Source: a virus
DNA: 64,000 nucleotides
Virus record (IMG/VR): IMGVR_UViG_3300042484_002041
Span: 32,001-96,000 of that record
Reading direction: 5' to 3' (one strand)
Positions 38,598 through 48,488 of the stretch are shown piece after piece; the stretch's first letter is position 1; every line of letters begins with the position of its first letter. The translations under genes and the position numbers were made by a program. The notes under the pieces are model-generated. The model had not been told where the DNA came from and did not search any database. It saw only the letters and a list, made by a program, of their open reading frames with translations.

Positions 38598-38807
38598 ATG
38601 CGCGGACCACTACTGACATTTCGTGATTGCCCATTCTGTGGACATGACCTCAACGGTGATGACATTATGGACACTGTTTACCCCAGTAATCGTGAGCGCA
38701 CTGCCTGGCAGGTGGTGTGTCAAATATCAGCAACTGGATGTGGTGCTACTGTGTATGGTGAAACTGAAGAAGAAGCCATGGACAATTGGAACAAGAGAAC
38801 ACGATGA
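38598..38807 (+). CDS. Lar-family restriction-alleviation-like Zn-finger protein
   Basis: CPFCG...VVC....GCGA...EEEAMDNWNKR. Confidence 0.65.
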   Translation: MRGPLLTFRDCPFCGHDLNGDDIMDTVYPSNRERTAWQVVCQISATGCGATVYGETEEEAMDNWNKRTR

Positions 38808-39074
38808 AAGACTTGATATATAGACTGCGTGAGCGAGCGCGGATTCGCCGACAGATCCCAACACGCAAGTCAGTCGAAGAAGGCAAGCCAGATCGAATCT
38901 CAGACTTGCTGGAAGAAGCAGCTGATGCAATCGAGCAACTGACTGCTGCTCGGGGCACACAGGGATGGGTGCAACAATGCTTGCCGCTGCACACCGAAGT
39001 ACAAAACGCTCTAGACAGTGCAGACTATAAACAATCTCTGGGCACTGGCCGTAACTAACCGGAATACATACACA

Positions 39075-39908
39075 ATGGCATCACACAATCACTATTGGTC
39101 CTGCACCACGTTTGCCGACTGGCTGCGCGGTACTCCAAAACCCGGCGCCGAGACCAGTTCAGGGTGGCGGGACTGGAGGAAGTCAGCACAGGCTGCACAT
39201 CCGTTTCGCTATTGGTTAGCCGACAAGTCCTTGGACAAGGTGCAGGACATTGTGTACTGGCCTGCGACTGTGCTGTACGATATCAAGCACTACATCAACA
39301 ACCGTTGGGTCACACGAACCCACGCACTTACCAGTTCAAGCCTGCCCCGGGGCAAATGGTGCGATCTTGACTGCCGTATTCTGCACTGTTTGTTTGACGA
39401 GTTGGTGAACCATGTTGAGATTGAACTGGCCTGGAGTAACATTGCTTGGAACAAAGAAGATCGTGTCAAATACAATGTACCATTTTATGCTGCAGGTTGG
39501 TTTAGGTGGCGTGTGTGGCGTTGCCCACAAGCAGGCCTGGACTATCTTGCATGGTCATCAGGGTTAAAACACAACGACGAATGGGACGACAAAGATGGTC
39601 CGGAATACAACAAACCTACCCGACAGGCCGTTGCTGCAACAGAAGTACTGGCGTTGTACGATTGGTGGAAGACCGTAAGACCGGTTCGCCCAGATCCGTA
39701 CGACGCTAGTGGGTGGAGTGAGATATGTGCTCGTCGGCGATCCGAAGACGAGGACTTCTTGGCAGGACTTGAGGATCGCACTGACGAGGAACGAGCCGAG
39801 AGCACCGCAGCCTTGGCCCGGTGTACTGAAATTGAACAGCAGCACGAAGACGAGGACACTGAGATGTTGACCCGTTTGATCCGTGTCCGAAAGAGCCTTT
39901 GGACTTAA
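39075..39908 (+). CDS. conserved phage hypothetical protein (Trp-rich)
   Basis: long ORF ending LIRVRKSLWT. Confidence 0.65.
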   Translation: MASHNHYWSCTTFADWLRGTPKPGAETSSGWRDWRKSAQAAHPFRYWLADKSLDKVQDIVYWPATVLYDIKHYINNRWVTRTHALTSSSLPRGKWCDLDCRILHCLFDELVNHVEIELAWSNIAWNKEDRVKYNVPFYAAGWFRWRVWRCPQAGLDYLAWSSGLKHNDEWDDKDGPEYNKPTRQAVAATEVLALYDWWKTVRPVRPDPYDASGWSEICARRRSEDEDFLAGLEDRTDEERAESTAALARCTEIEQQHEDEDTEMLTRLIRVRKSLWT

Positions 39909-39979
39909 AGTAATACATAACTTTACGCCGCAACCCAGTAAATATTATTATAAAAATAATAATAGTAAGGGTAAGTGGC

Positions 39980-40420
39980 ATGAAATCAACAGAAATAAAT
40001 GCCGGGGCAAAGGCAGCAATAGGAACACTACGTGAGAGCATGGCAGTTGGCAAAGAAGGCGCCAAGATTGTCACGGACATGCAAGCAGAAATTCATGCAG
40101 TTGTTAATCAAGAACGACAGAAGAGAGCCCAGGCTCTCAAAGAAAAAGAACAGCTGGGTAGTCAACAAGAACAAACAGCGTATAGAAAATTCTTAGACCG
40201 CGCCAGGGCCGCTAAAGACACTGCAGACCTGAAGGATCATATAATCAAAACACATGGCCCAAAGAGTTGGGAAGAATTCTTAAAAGTCAAGGCCGAAGTA
40301 GAGAAGCATGACATCGAAGAAGCACGACTGGTCAAGAACGATAAGGACAAGATAAACGATTTGTTCTGGTGGTGCATGGCTGCTGCATTTGTTATAGTTT
40401 ATTTTATATCAGGAGGTTAA
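39980..40420 (+). CDS. coiled-coil protein with C-terminal TM helix
   Basis: hydrophobic C-terminus. Confidence 0.6.
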   Translation: MKSTEINAGAKAAIGTLRESMAVGKEGAKIVTDMQAEIHAVVNQERQKRAQALKEKEQLGSQQEQTAYRKFLDRARAAKDTADLKDHIIKTHGPKSWEEFLKVKAEVEKHDIEEARLVKNDKDKINDLFWWCMAAAFVIVYFISGG

Positions 40421-40542
40421 CATGGGACATGGACGACTGGTAGCTATAATTGTACTTGCATTAATAATGGGATCAGTTGTGCTAAAGCATCAGACCCCCG
40501 AAACGGCTGAACCTCATAAAAAATATCAAAAATAGTCAGACA

Positions 40543-40576
40543 CTGTAATAAAATTGTAACAATTATATGCTATTAT
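40543..40576 (+). promoter_or_regulatory. Pho box promoter
   Basis: CTGTAAT-AAAA-TTGTAAC (consensus CTGTCAT-A/T-CTGTCAC), 10 nt upstream of a TATTAT -10 box. Confidence 0.7.
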
Positions 40577-40611
40577 TATTGTAAATAATGTAACACAAAG
40601 GAGAATACACA

Positions 40612-41607
40612 GTGAAGAAATTATTTGCAGTTTTGCTAGCAGCAGTGTCGATCGGATCAACCGCACAAGAAATTACAGGGGCAGGTGCAACATTCCCCGC
40701 ACCCATCTATGCCAAATGGGCAGCAGATTATAACAAAGCAACTGGTGCTAAGATAAACTACCAAAGTGTAGGATCTGGGGCAGGCATCAAACAAATTGAA
40801 GCCAAGACCGTAACATTTGGCGCAAGTGATATGCCGCTTACTGACGAAAAGTTAAAAGAAGCAGGCCTGTTTCAATTTCCCACAGTGATCGGCGGTGTTG
40901 TTCCGGTGGTCAACATCAAGGGCATTAAGCCGGGTGAACTAAAGTTAACTGGCCCACTGTTGGGCGACATCTACCTGGGCAAAGTTACCAAGTGGGATGA
41001 CCCTGCAATCAAACAACTGAACCCCACAGTGGCACTACCCAGTGATGCTATCATGGTGGTGCGGCGTGCTGACGGTAGTGGTACTACATTTATCTGGACC
41101 AACTACCTGAGCAAAGTGAGCCCCGAGTTCAAAGACAAAGTAGGAGAAGGCACCGCTGTTAATTGGCCCGTTGGCGCCGGCGGCAAAGGCAATGAGGGAG
41201 TTTCTGCATTTGTTTCTAGACTGCCCAACAGCATTGGCTATGTTGAATACGCATATGTCAAGCAGAACAAAATGACCTACGTTCAAGTACAAAACAGTGC
41301 AGGTACTTGGGTTACTCCCAGCGACACTGCATTCAAGGCCGCTGCTGCAGGTGCTACCTGGAGCAAGACATACTTTCAGGTGCTGACCAATCAAGCAGGC
41401 AAAGAATCTTGGCCCATCAGTGGTGCTACATTTATCCTGGTACACTTAAAACCACTCAAGCCAGAAGAGGTCAAGACAGCCCTGAAGTTCTTTGACTGGG
41501 CTTATACATCAGGTGATAAAGCAGCAGATGACCTAGACTATGTTGCACTGCCAGATTCTGTGAAGAATCAGGTTCGTGCTGATTGGAAGCGGTTAGGATT
41601 GAATTAA
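40612..41607 (+). CDS. pstS: phosphate ABC transporter substrate-binding protein
   Basis: [41 protein letters not shown]. Confidence 0.95.
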   Translation: MKKLFAVLLAAVSIGSTAQEITGAGATFPAPIYAKWAADYNKATGAKINYQSVGSGAGIKQIEAKTVTFGASDMPLTDEKLKEAGLFQFPTVIGGVVPVVNIKGIKPGELKLTGPLLGDIYLGKVTKWDDPAIKQLNPTVALPSDAIMVVRRADGSGTTFIWTNYLSKVSPEFKDKVGEGTAVNWPVGAGGKGNEGVSAFVSRLPNSIGYVEYAYVKQNKMTYVQVQNSAGTWVTPSDTAFKAAAAGATWSKTYFQVLTNQAGKESWPISGATFILVHLKPLKPEEVKTALKFFDWAYTSGDKAADDLDYVALPDSVKNQVRADWKRLGLN

Positions 41608-41617
41608 AACAAACAAA

Positions 41618-41700
41618 CCGGGCACACGATTGACTGCCGATGGAACTCGTAACCATCACTTTTCTACAACTAAATATTCCTTTAAAATAAGGAGTTCCCA
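41618..41700 (+). promoter_or_regulatory. putative riboswitch-like leader sequestering the RBS
   Basis: hairpins GGCA..TGCC and GATGG-AACTCGTAA-CCATC; GGAACTC complementary to GAGTTCC in the RBS. Confidence 0.45.
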
Positions 41701-42314
41701 TGTTAAATCGATTGTTTCCCGGGCTTGATCGCTCATTGGCACTGAGGTTAGTGGCCTTCCACACATTCATTATTGCTCTGAGCAATTGGCTTGTGACTTA
41801 TAAATTTACTATCTTTGACCACACCTTGGCTTATGCTGCGTTTACTTTCCCACTGGTGGTTATTGCCACCGACCTTACTGTTCGCCTGATCGGTAAGGAA
41901 ATGGGACAGGCTGTGGTAAGACTCAGCTTTATCCCTGCCATTATTGTCAGCATCTCGGTAGTGGCAGCAGGTGGTGCACCAGAAAGTGTTGCCATCCGAA
42001 TCGGTCTGGGTAGTGGTATGGCCTACCTGGTTGCTACTATGCTAGACGTGTATGTGTTCCAGTACCTGCGCGAGCGATATGAGGCATGGTATGTGGCTCC
42101 TGCACTTAGCAGCGTGGTAACCACCATCATTGACACGTATACATTCTTTGGCACAGCGTTTGCTGGTGGTGCAGACAAGTTCATGGCAGACAACTGGCAT
42201 ATTGTGGCCACAAATCACATTGTGACTAAGATTGTGGTCAGCCTGCTGGTGATCCTGCCAGCGTATGGCATTTTACTAAACTTTTTACAAAAGCGGATAG
42301 CCGCTAAACTCTAA
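41700..42314 (+). CDS. yhhQ: queuosine precursor transporter (YhhQ/DUF165)
   Basis: IIALSNWLV, AFTFP...ATDLTVRL.G, RIGLGS..AY, LDVYVF, IDTYTFF. Confidence 0.85.
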   Translation: MLNRLFPGLDRSLALRLVAFHTFIIALSNWLVTYKFTIFDHTLAYAAFTFPLVVIATDLTVRLIGKEMGQAVVRLSFIPAIIVSISVVAAGGAPESVAIRIGLGSGMAYLVATMLDVYVFQYLRERYEAWYVAPALSSVVTTIIDTYTFFGTAFAGGADKFMADNWHIVATNHIVTKIVVSLLVILPAYGILLNFLQKRIAAKL

Positions 42315-42639
42315 TTATGTCACACTTTATGTTCCGGTTCTGGAATGATCCACAACGTACTGGTCGGTCAAGCCTGCACAACCAAATCCGTTGGCGGCAC
42401 TCTGCACAGGTACCGGGATATCAAGGTGACTCAACTGATCGTGGGCAACCGTGCCGTTTTAGTCGTTGGTATCGGTTGCCCAAACGAGCTCATCAATTGT
42501 ATTGGCGCACACATCAAAATGGCTGACATTCCGTGGTATATGTGGTTGATAGGGGTTGCTAATGTCAGCACTTGGGTGTATACTCTAGTAGTAGCGTGTA
42601 AAGATAGTAGTTATCGGGACAACGCTGAATAAATAAAAA

Positions 42640-42967
42640 GATTGTTGTAATTCCTCTGGATAGAAGGCATGTTGGACGGCGGATCATTCCCGCCCGGGTC
42701 CACCATAAAACATATTCCCATCGTGGAATCTGTGAAACCTAGATAGTATATAAGGCGGTTCCTGCAAGCCTTGAACTGAAAATGCTAGGTAAGGAGTATG
42801 TTTTATAATGGGCCCGAAGTGGTTTCGACAGCGTGAGATATTGAAGGCGGCAACACGGTAGGCGATGACCGTTAATCAAGCAAAACTCATAAATGCAAAT
42901 GATAGCGTTTATTCTTTAGCAGCCTAAACACTGCTTGGGGCGGCTGTGCCTCGCAACAGAAAATAGC
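42640..42967 (+). ncRNA. ssrA: circularly permuted (two-piece) tmRNA, tag ANDSVYSLAA
   Basis: 3' acceptor half (T arm GGCGG/CCGCC, CGGGTCC-ACCA ending 42705) precedes 5' half GGGCCCG (42810) with G3:U70; tag ORF 42895-42927. Confidence 0.9.
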
Positions 42968-42995
42968 AGAGAGGCTCTTCGGGGCCTCTTTTTTT
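42968..42995 (+). terminator. intrinsic terminator after ssrA
   Basis: AGAGGCTC-TTCG-GGGCCTCT followed by a T-run. Confidence 0.9.
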
Positions 42996-43011
42996 AACTC
43001 TTAGGAAACTT

Positions 43012-44163
43012 ATGCAATTGTTCCAGCAGCCGTCTGATCGGTATGGCTATTACACTGTGGGCAACGAGAAAATTTACAGCAAATTTGAAGCTGTCAAGCG
43101 ACACCAAAGTACCGGGCAATTCCCGCATTGGTACTTTCATGATGATGTGTTTGCCAGTTACGATTGGACACATGAACCCGAAGCGTCTCTCACTGACTTA
43201 TATCTTGCAAGGGCTCAACAACTACGAGAAAAATACGACTACGTTGTTATCTGCTTTAGTGGTGGTGCGGATAGTACCAACATGCTGCATGCGTTCTTAG
43301 ATAACGGTATACATGTAGATGAAGTTGTCACATGGCACACGTTCGAAGGCAATCATAACAGTAGCACTCACACTGATCAAGAAATAGCACAAGTAACGTT
43401 ACCGTACATGCAAAAGTTACAAGACGCCCATCCAGAAATCAAGTTTAGGGTCATTGATATGACTCGCCCTATATACGATTTCTTTCAAGATACAGACAAC
43501 ATTGATGACACAATAAATCAGTTGGCCCTGCCTAGTCCCAACAGCATGGCATGGACTAGGCCGTTTATGCTAGATAGATTCTATCTAGATTATATCCACA
43601 GCGGTAAAAAAATTGGGTTTGTCTTAGGCATGGAAAAACCACGGGTATGGCAAGTGGATGGCCGCTGGTGTGTTAGATTCTTAGATGTCAGCAATATTTT
43701 TTACATCGGGTCTAGTGCACCAACTGAAATGTTTTATTGGAGCCCAGAGCTGCCTCCCATGCTGATCAAGCAAGCGCATATAATCAAGCGGTATCTTGAA
43801 CATGCTACTGCTCAAACACCCTGGGTGCAGCACGAGTCTTCGGGACTGGCCTGTGTTGATCGTAATGGTCAAACATTATGGCTGCATCGTGACGGAGTTT
43901 CGTCTTTGATTTATCCAACGTGGGACCTTAGCACATTCCAAGTTGAAAAAACGCGAAGTCCGGTATTCATACCCAATACCACTTGGTTGTATGATAACGA
44001 AATAGATACTACTGCCAAACACTACCGCAATGGTATTCTACATTTTCGAGACTCGATTCCTGAGTATTGGAGAAATGATACCGATGATATCTTTCGTGGT
44101 ATTCGTGGTACTTGGAGTCGCCCTTACTACCTTGACAAACAAGTAGTCGATGCTCGGGCATGA
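43012..44163 (+). CDS. adenine-nucleotide alpha-hydrolase (PP-loop) superfamily protein
   Basis: ICFSGGADS PP-loop. Confidence 0.65.
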   Translation: MQLFQQPSDRYGYYTVGNEKIYSKFEAVKRHQSTGQFPHWYFHDDVFASYDWTHEPEASLTDLYLARAQQLREKYDYVVICFSGGADSTNMLHAFLDNGIHVDEVVTWHTFEGNHNSSTHTDQEIAQVTLPYMQKLQDAHPEIKFRVIDMTRPIYDFFQDTDNIDDTINQLALPSPNSMAWTRPFMLDRFYLDYIHSGKKIGFVLGMEKPRVWQVDGRWCVRFLDVSNIFYIGSSAPTEMFYWSPELPPMLIKQAHIIKRYLEHATAQTPWVQHESSGLACVDRNGQTLWLHRDGVSSLIYPTWDLSTFQVEKTRSPVFIPNTTWLYDNEIDTTAKHYRNGILHFRDSIPEYWRNDTDDIFRGIRGTWSRPYYLDKQVVDARA

Positions 44164-44185
44164 CCCCGGTAAATATCTTTATCAT

Positions 44186-46354
44186 ATGTACGATATTGTT
44201 TTAATTTCAGTCCCATATACTATTGTAGAAAGTCCTCCACTAGGAATCGCTGTACTCAAAGGTGCTGTGGAATCATATGGATTCAAATGTTTGACCCTGG
44301 ACTTGGGTTTAGAATTATTAAAGGATTGCAATCACGATCGGTCGATATTTGATTCGTTGCAAGAATATTTTTCTACCCCAGACATGTCAATTGACCCCGA
44401 CGCTGAGTTTTTAACATCTGAGTTTATCGAAAAGTGGGCCGTGAAGTTGTCTGCACTAGACACTACTTGGATAGGCATCAGTGTGTTTTCGTACTATTCG
44501 CATCTGGCCACTTATATGTTATGCGAGAAAATTAAACAACTAAATCCCAAGATTAAAATTGTTATCGGTGGGCCTGCAGTCGGAGTGCAGATGGTCAAGT
44601 CCATGCATGCCAAATATCATATATCTTCTACTGAAAAACTATTAAAATTTGGCGATATCTTACTCCGACGAAAACTAATAGATGAAAACATACTAGGTGA
44701 TGGCGAGCAAGCCCTAGTTGATTTGCTTAATGGTTGTGTCGAGCCCGATGTGTTTCATATGGAAAAATACCAACACCAGGATCATCCATACGCCAACTTC
44801 GACGACTTTGAGTTAGGTCTCTACACCGGGCAACTCAACAGAGGACACACTCAACTACCTATATTCAGCAGCAAAGGATGTGTTCGTAGTTGTGACTTTT
44901 GTGATGTCACTGTGGTACAAAACAAATTTAGATTCCGCAGTGGTTTGAATATTGTCAAGGAGATGATTTATCTTGCAGAACGGCACGGCATTAGAGATTT
45001 TATATTTTTAGACAGCCTAGTTAACGGAAGTATGAAGAGTCTCCGTGAGTGGGTAACAGAATTAGCCAGATTCAACAGGGAAAATCCTGACAAAAAAATT
45101 ACATGGTCAGCTTCGGGATGGATATGTAGACCAATTGGGCAAATGCCACTGGACTTGTACCCACTGCTGGCCGAGTCAGGGTTGGCCAGTGCCACCATTG
45201 GTGTAGAGTCAGGCAGCAACAATGTTCTCCTGGCCATGAATAAAAAGACCACTGTTGAAGCATTGTACTTTGAAGCAGAGCAGTTTCAAAAAAATAACAT
45301 ACACTTTATCACCTTGCTCATGGTCGGGCACTGGAGCGAGACTTGGGAGGACTTCTTAAAAACTATATCAATGGTGTATAAAATTTCCAGTTATGCCCGT
45401 ACCGGACATCTAGTTGCTGTCAGCCCCGGTGGTACGTTTGAATTAGGGCCCGATACTCCTGCAGACTTGAACTATGAAAAAAATCAGTTGCAACGTAGCG
45501 CCGCCGGAAATTGGTGGACTGAGCTGAATCCCAACTTGACTGCCAAGGAGAGATTTTATAGATTGTTGTTGTTAGAAAAGTTTTTACATAGACTCAGAAT
45601 CCCATTGATGGAGCAAACTGCAGGGATAGCGCACACTAAATTGGCTAATAATTTTAGTGATTATCAAACGTTTTATCCTTTGAAGGTACACGGCAAAGAA
45701 CTTGCACAGTGTGCAGAGTATTACTACGAGAACTTTGACGAGTTTTTAAATCTAGTGCTATCAAAAGAAACAGCTAGTGTATTAAAATTAGAGTTTGAGC
45801 TAGAGTCTAGTGTCACACATGATAATCCTCCGGTTATAGAAATTAAGTTTAACCAACAAACAATTTACAAATCGGGGTTGTCCGAAGGAACCCATCAGAT
45901 ATCATTGTCTGCTACAGTAACAGATGCTCGTCGGCCCTGGGCAGATGTATGGAATAAATTAGAAATGCTGTTTTCAAATAAAAGCAGCAATGATACTATT
46001 GTCGATAACAACGGGCACATTGTTAAAGATAAGTTTGTACTGCTCAAAAAGTTCTCAATCAACGGCATTGACTTGTTTGCCGATCATGACTTTTTTTACA
46101 AAAAGTTAAAGTACCATACTAACGGTGTTGCTACCGATGTCCATCCAGGATTTTGGCACAACAACTCTGCTGTGAGTCTAGAATTTGATAATCCATTCTT
46201 ATTGTGGTACCATGCCAACACCAATCACTTTGCACAGTTTGATGGATTTATTGTCACAGAGTCAACCATGGCCAAAACCAAATCGTTAACCAAAGATGAC
46301 TATACTCGGTTCCGTGCTGAAGCTGTGAAACTGTTAAAGCAGCTCGAGCACTGA
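44186..46354 (+). CDS. B12-binding radical SAM protein
   Basis: PPLGIAVLK, IVIGGP, GDGEQ, SKGCVRSCDFC, GVESGS; start likely 44186 after TAAATA. Confidence 0.85.
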   Translation: MYDIVLISVPYTIVESPPLGIAVLKGAVESYGFKCLTLDLGLELLKDCNHDRSIFDSLQEYFSTPDMSIDPDAEFLTSEFIEKWAVKLSALDTTWIGISVFSYYSHLATYMLCEKIKQLNPKIKIVIGGPAVGVQMVKSMHAKYHISSTEKLLKFGDILLRRKLIDENILGDGEQALVDLLNGCVEPDVFHMEKYQHQDHPYANFDDFELGLYTGQLNRGHTQLPIFSSKGCVRSCDFCDVTVVQNKFRFRSGLNIVKEMIYLAERHGIRDFIFLDSLVNGSMKSLREWVTELARFNRENPDKKITWSASGWICRPIGQMPLDLYPLLAESGLASATIGVESGSNNVLLAMNKKTTVEALYFEAEQFQKNNIHFITLLMVGHWSETWEDFLKTISMVYKISSYARTGHLVAVSPGGTFELGPDTPADLNYEKNQLQRSAAGNWWTELNPNLTAKERFYRLLLLEKFLHRLRIPLMEQTAGIAHTKLANNFSDYQTFYPLKVHGKELAQCAEYYYENFDEFLNLVLSKETASVLKLEFELESSVTHDNPPVIEIKFNQQTIYKSGLSEGTHQISLSATVTDARRPWADVWNKLEMLFSNKSSNDTIVDNNGHIVKDKFVLLKKFSINGIDLFADHDFFYKKLKYHTNGVATDVHPGFWHNNSAVSLEFDNPFLLWYHANTNHFAQFDGFIVTESTMAKTKSLTKDDYTRFRAEAVKLLKQLEH

Positions 46355-46398
46355 TCCTGCTGGTTGACCAGAAATGGCTCCTGTGCTATAATGGTTGT

Positions 46399-46602
46399 AT
46401 GGTTAGCAACAAGGAGTTGGGAATGACTGAGTTTACGTTTGTTGTGGGCAACGACAAGTTCAAGTTCGCTGCGGAAACTGCGTTCAAGGCCATGGAACTG
46501 TGCAACCGGCAGGTGATCGACAAGAAGGATCTGCATCCCATGGCCTGGGCCGAAGCTGGAAAAAACACGTTCCAATGCTGCCCTGGCAATTACTTCGATT
46601 AA
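46399..46602 (+). CDS. small hypothetical protein
   Basis: promoter 46364-46392. Confidence 0.5.
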   Translation: MVSNKELGMTEFTFVVGNDKFKFAAETAFKAMELCNRQVIDKKDLHPMAWAEAGKNTFQCCPGNYFD

Positions 46603-46661
46603 TCGATTTGCCCAATAATTCATCTTGTGCTATAATGTAGGCATACAGTAAGGAGTTGGTT

Positions 46662-46889
46662 ATGAGTGATCAAGATAGCAGCAAGTATGATCAACGCCAT
46701 GGTGGGCCTTGGGATCGCGGTAGTGCCGATTCCTACTACGGACGAGGTTACGGGCCCCACTATTACGTGGGCGACACAGGCTCTAGCCAAGAAGTTGAGC
46801 TGGAGGGCATGACTGCTGAAGAGATCACAGCCTACACCGCAGGCTACAATGACAACGAACAGTTTGGCAACAAGAAGGAGTGGAACTAA
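46662..46889 (+). CDS. small phage protein (HGGPWDRGSADSYY motif)
   Basis: promoter 46608-46636, AAGGAG RBS. Confidence 0.65.
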   Translation: MSDQDSSKYDQRHGGPWDRGSADSYYGRGYGPHYYVGDTGSSQEVELEGMTAEEITAYTAGYNDNEQFGNKKEWN

Positions 46890-47137
46890 TGAAAGATCGA
46901 TTCTCGGTGACTTGGATATTTCGTAACGACCACGAGTGGCACAAACGATTTCGAACCGCAGATGATCGCGACGTGTTTGTCATTACCACGGGCATCCTGA
47001 CTCATCCGGACATTACGCGGATTGCATTTCATGACGGCGATGTTAAGAAACACATCAAGCAAGCTGGTTGACACGAAATTCAACATAGCATATAATAGAG
47101 TCATAGTTTAATTTTAACCCTGAGAAGGAACTACATT

Positions 47138-48229
47138 ATGTCCGTTGAACATCGTACCGTTACCAGTGTCACTGCCCGCCGTGCTATTCACAAACTGATT
47201 GCCAAACAGCGCCCGGGCTTCCTGTGGGGCCCTCCGGGGATTGGCAAGAGCGAGGTTGTTGCTAGCATTGCCAAAGAGCTTGGTGGTCTCATGATCGACC
47301 TGCGCTTGGGCCAGATGGATCCCACAGACATCCGTGGTATCCCGTTCTATAACAAAGAAATCAACAAGATGGATTGGGCTGCGCCGGTTGACTTGCCCGA
47401 TGAGGAAATGGCTAGCCAGTATCCCATCATTATCTTGTTCCTGGACGAACTGAATGCTGCTCCTCCTGCAACCCAGGCGGCAGCGTATCAGTTGATCTTG
47501 AATCGTGCTTGCGGCAAGTATAAGTTGCCGGCCAATGTGGCAATGATCGCAGCCGGCAATCGTGAAAGCGACAAGGGCGTGACATACCGCATGCCTAGCC
47601 CGCTAGCAAATCGTTTCGTGCACCTGGAAATGCGAGCTGACTTTTCTGCTTGGTTAGAGTGGGCAGTTGAGAACCAAATCCACAAGGACGTGGTTGGCTA
47701 CTTGAGCTTTGCCAAGCAAGACCTGTACGACTACGACAGCAAGAGCTCAAGCCGTGCGTTCGCTACACCGCGTTCCTGGACCTTTGTGAGCGAGCTGCTG
47801 GAGGACGAGGATACCAGCAATGCCGACATCACTGACTTGATTGCAGGTACTGTGGGCGAGGGGCTTGCTGTCAAGTTCATGGCTCACCGCAAGATTGCAG
47901 GGCGCTTGCCCAAGCCGGAAGATGTGTTGTCGGGCAAGGAAAAAGAGCTGGCAATCAAAGAAGTCAGTGCCATGTACAGTCTGGTTATCAGCTTGTGCTA
48001 TGAGCTCAAGGATGCGCTGGAAGTCACAAAGGTGTCAGACAAGGAATTCCACAGCATGGCGGATAACTTCTTTGCTTACATGATGAAGAACTTTGAGACT
48101 GAGCTTGTGGTTATGGGTGCAAGGATTGCGTTGACTACGTACAACCTGCCGTTCCAGCCTACCAAGTTGAAGAACTTCGACGAGTTCCATCAGCGTTATG
48201 GCAAGTACATTCTCCAGGCCAATGCCTGA
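47138..48229 (+). CDS. MoxR/dynein-related AAA+ ATPase
   Basis: GPPGIGKS Walker A, LFLDE Walker B, AAGNR, PLANRF, TPRSW. Confidence 0.9.
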   Translation: MSVEHRTVTSVTARRAIHKLIAKQRPGFLWGPPGIGKSEVVASIAKELGGLMIDLRLGQMDPTDIRGIPFYNKEINKMDWAAPVDLPDEEMASQYPIIILFLDELNAAPPATQAAAYQLILNRACGKYKLPANVAMIAAGNRESDKGVTYRMPSPLANRFVHLEMRADFSAWLEWAVENQIHKDVVGYLSFAKQDLYDYDSKSSSRAFATPRSWTFVSELLEDEDTSNADITDLIAGTVGEGLAVKFMAHRKIAGRLPKPEDVLSGKEKELAIKEVSAMYSLVISLCYELKDALEVTKVSDKEFHSMADNFFAYMMKNFETELVVMGARIALTTYNLPFQPTKLKNFDEFHQRYGKYILQANA

Positions 48230-48488
48230 TGCGGACGGGGGGTCAACTACACCCCCCATTTTAACCAGTGTAAGGGTTATGTTCGACCCTTACACTTATC
48301 AGTCTGTACAGACGTTGTTGCGACATGTGCAGGCTGACTTTGGTCCCAACAGCAGCAGTCTAAGTAGAGGCACTGGTGGTACGGCACGATGGAATTGGAC
48401 CGCAGGAGACGACGGAGAACAAAACAGGTTTGCTATGATTTTCTATTTTACAGACCCACAAGATGCTATCATGTTCTCGCTCAAGTAT

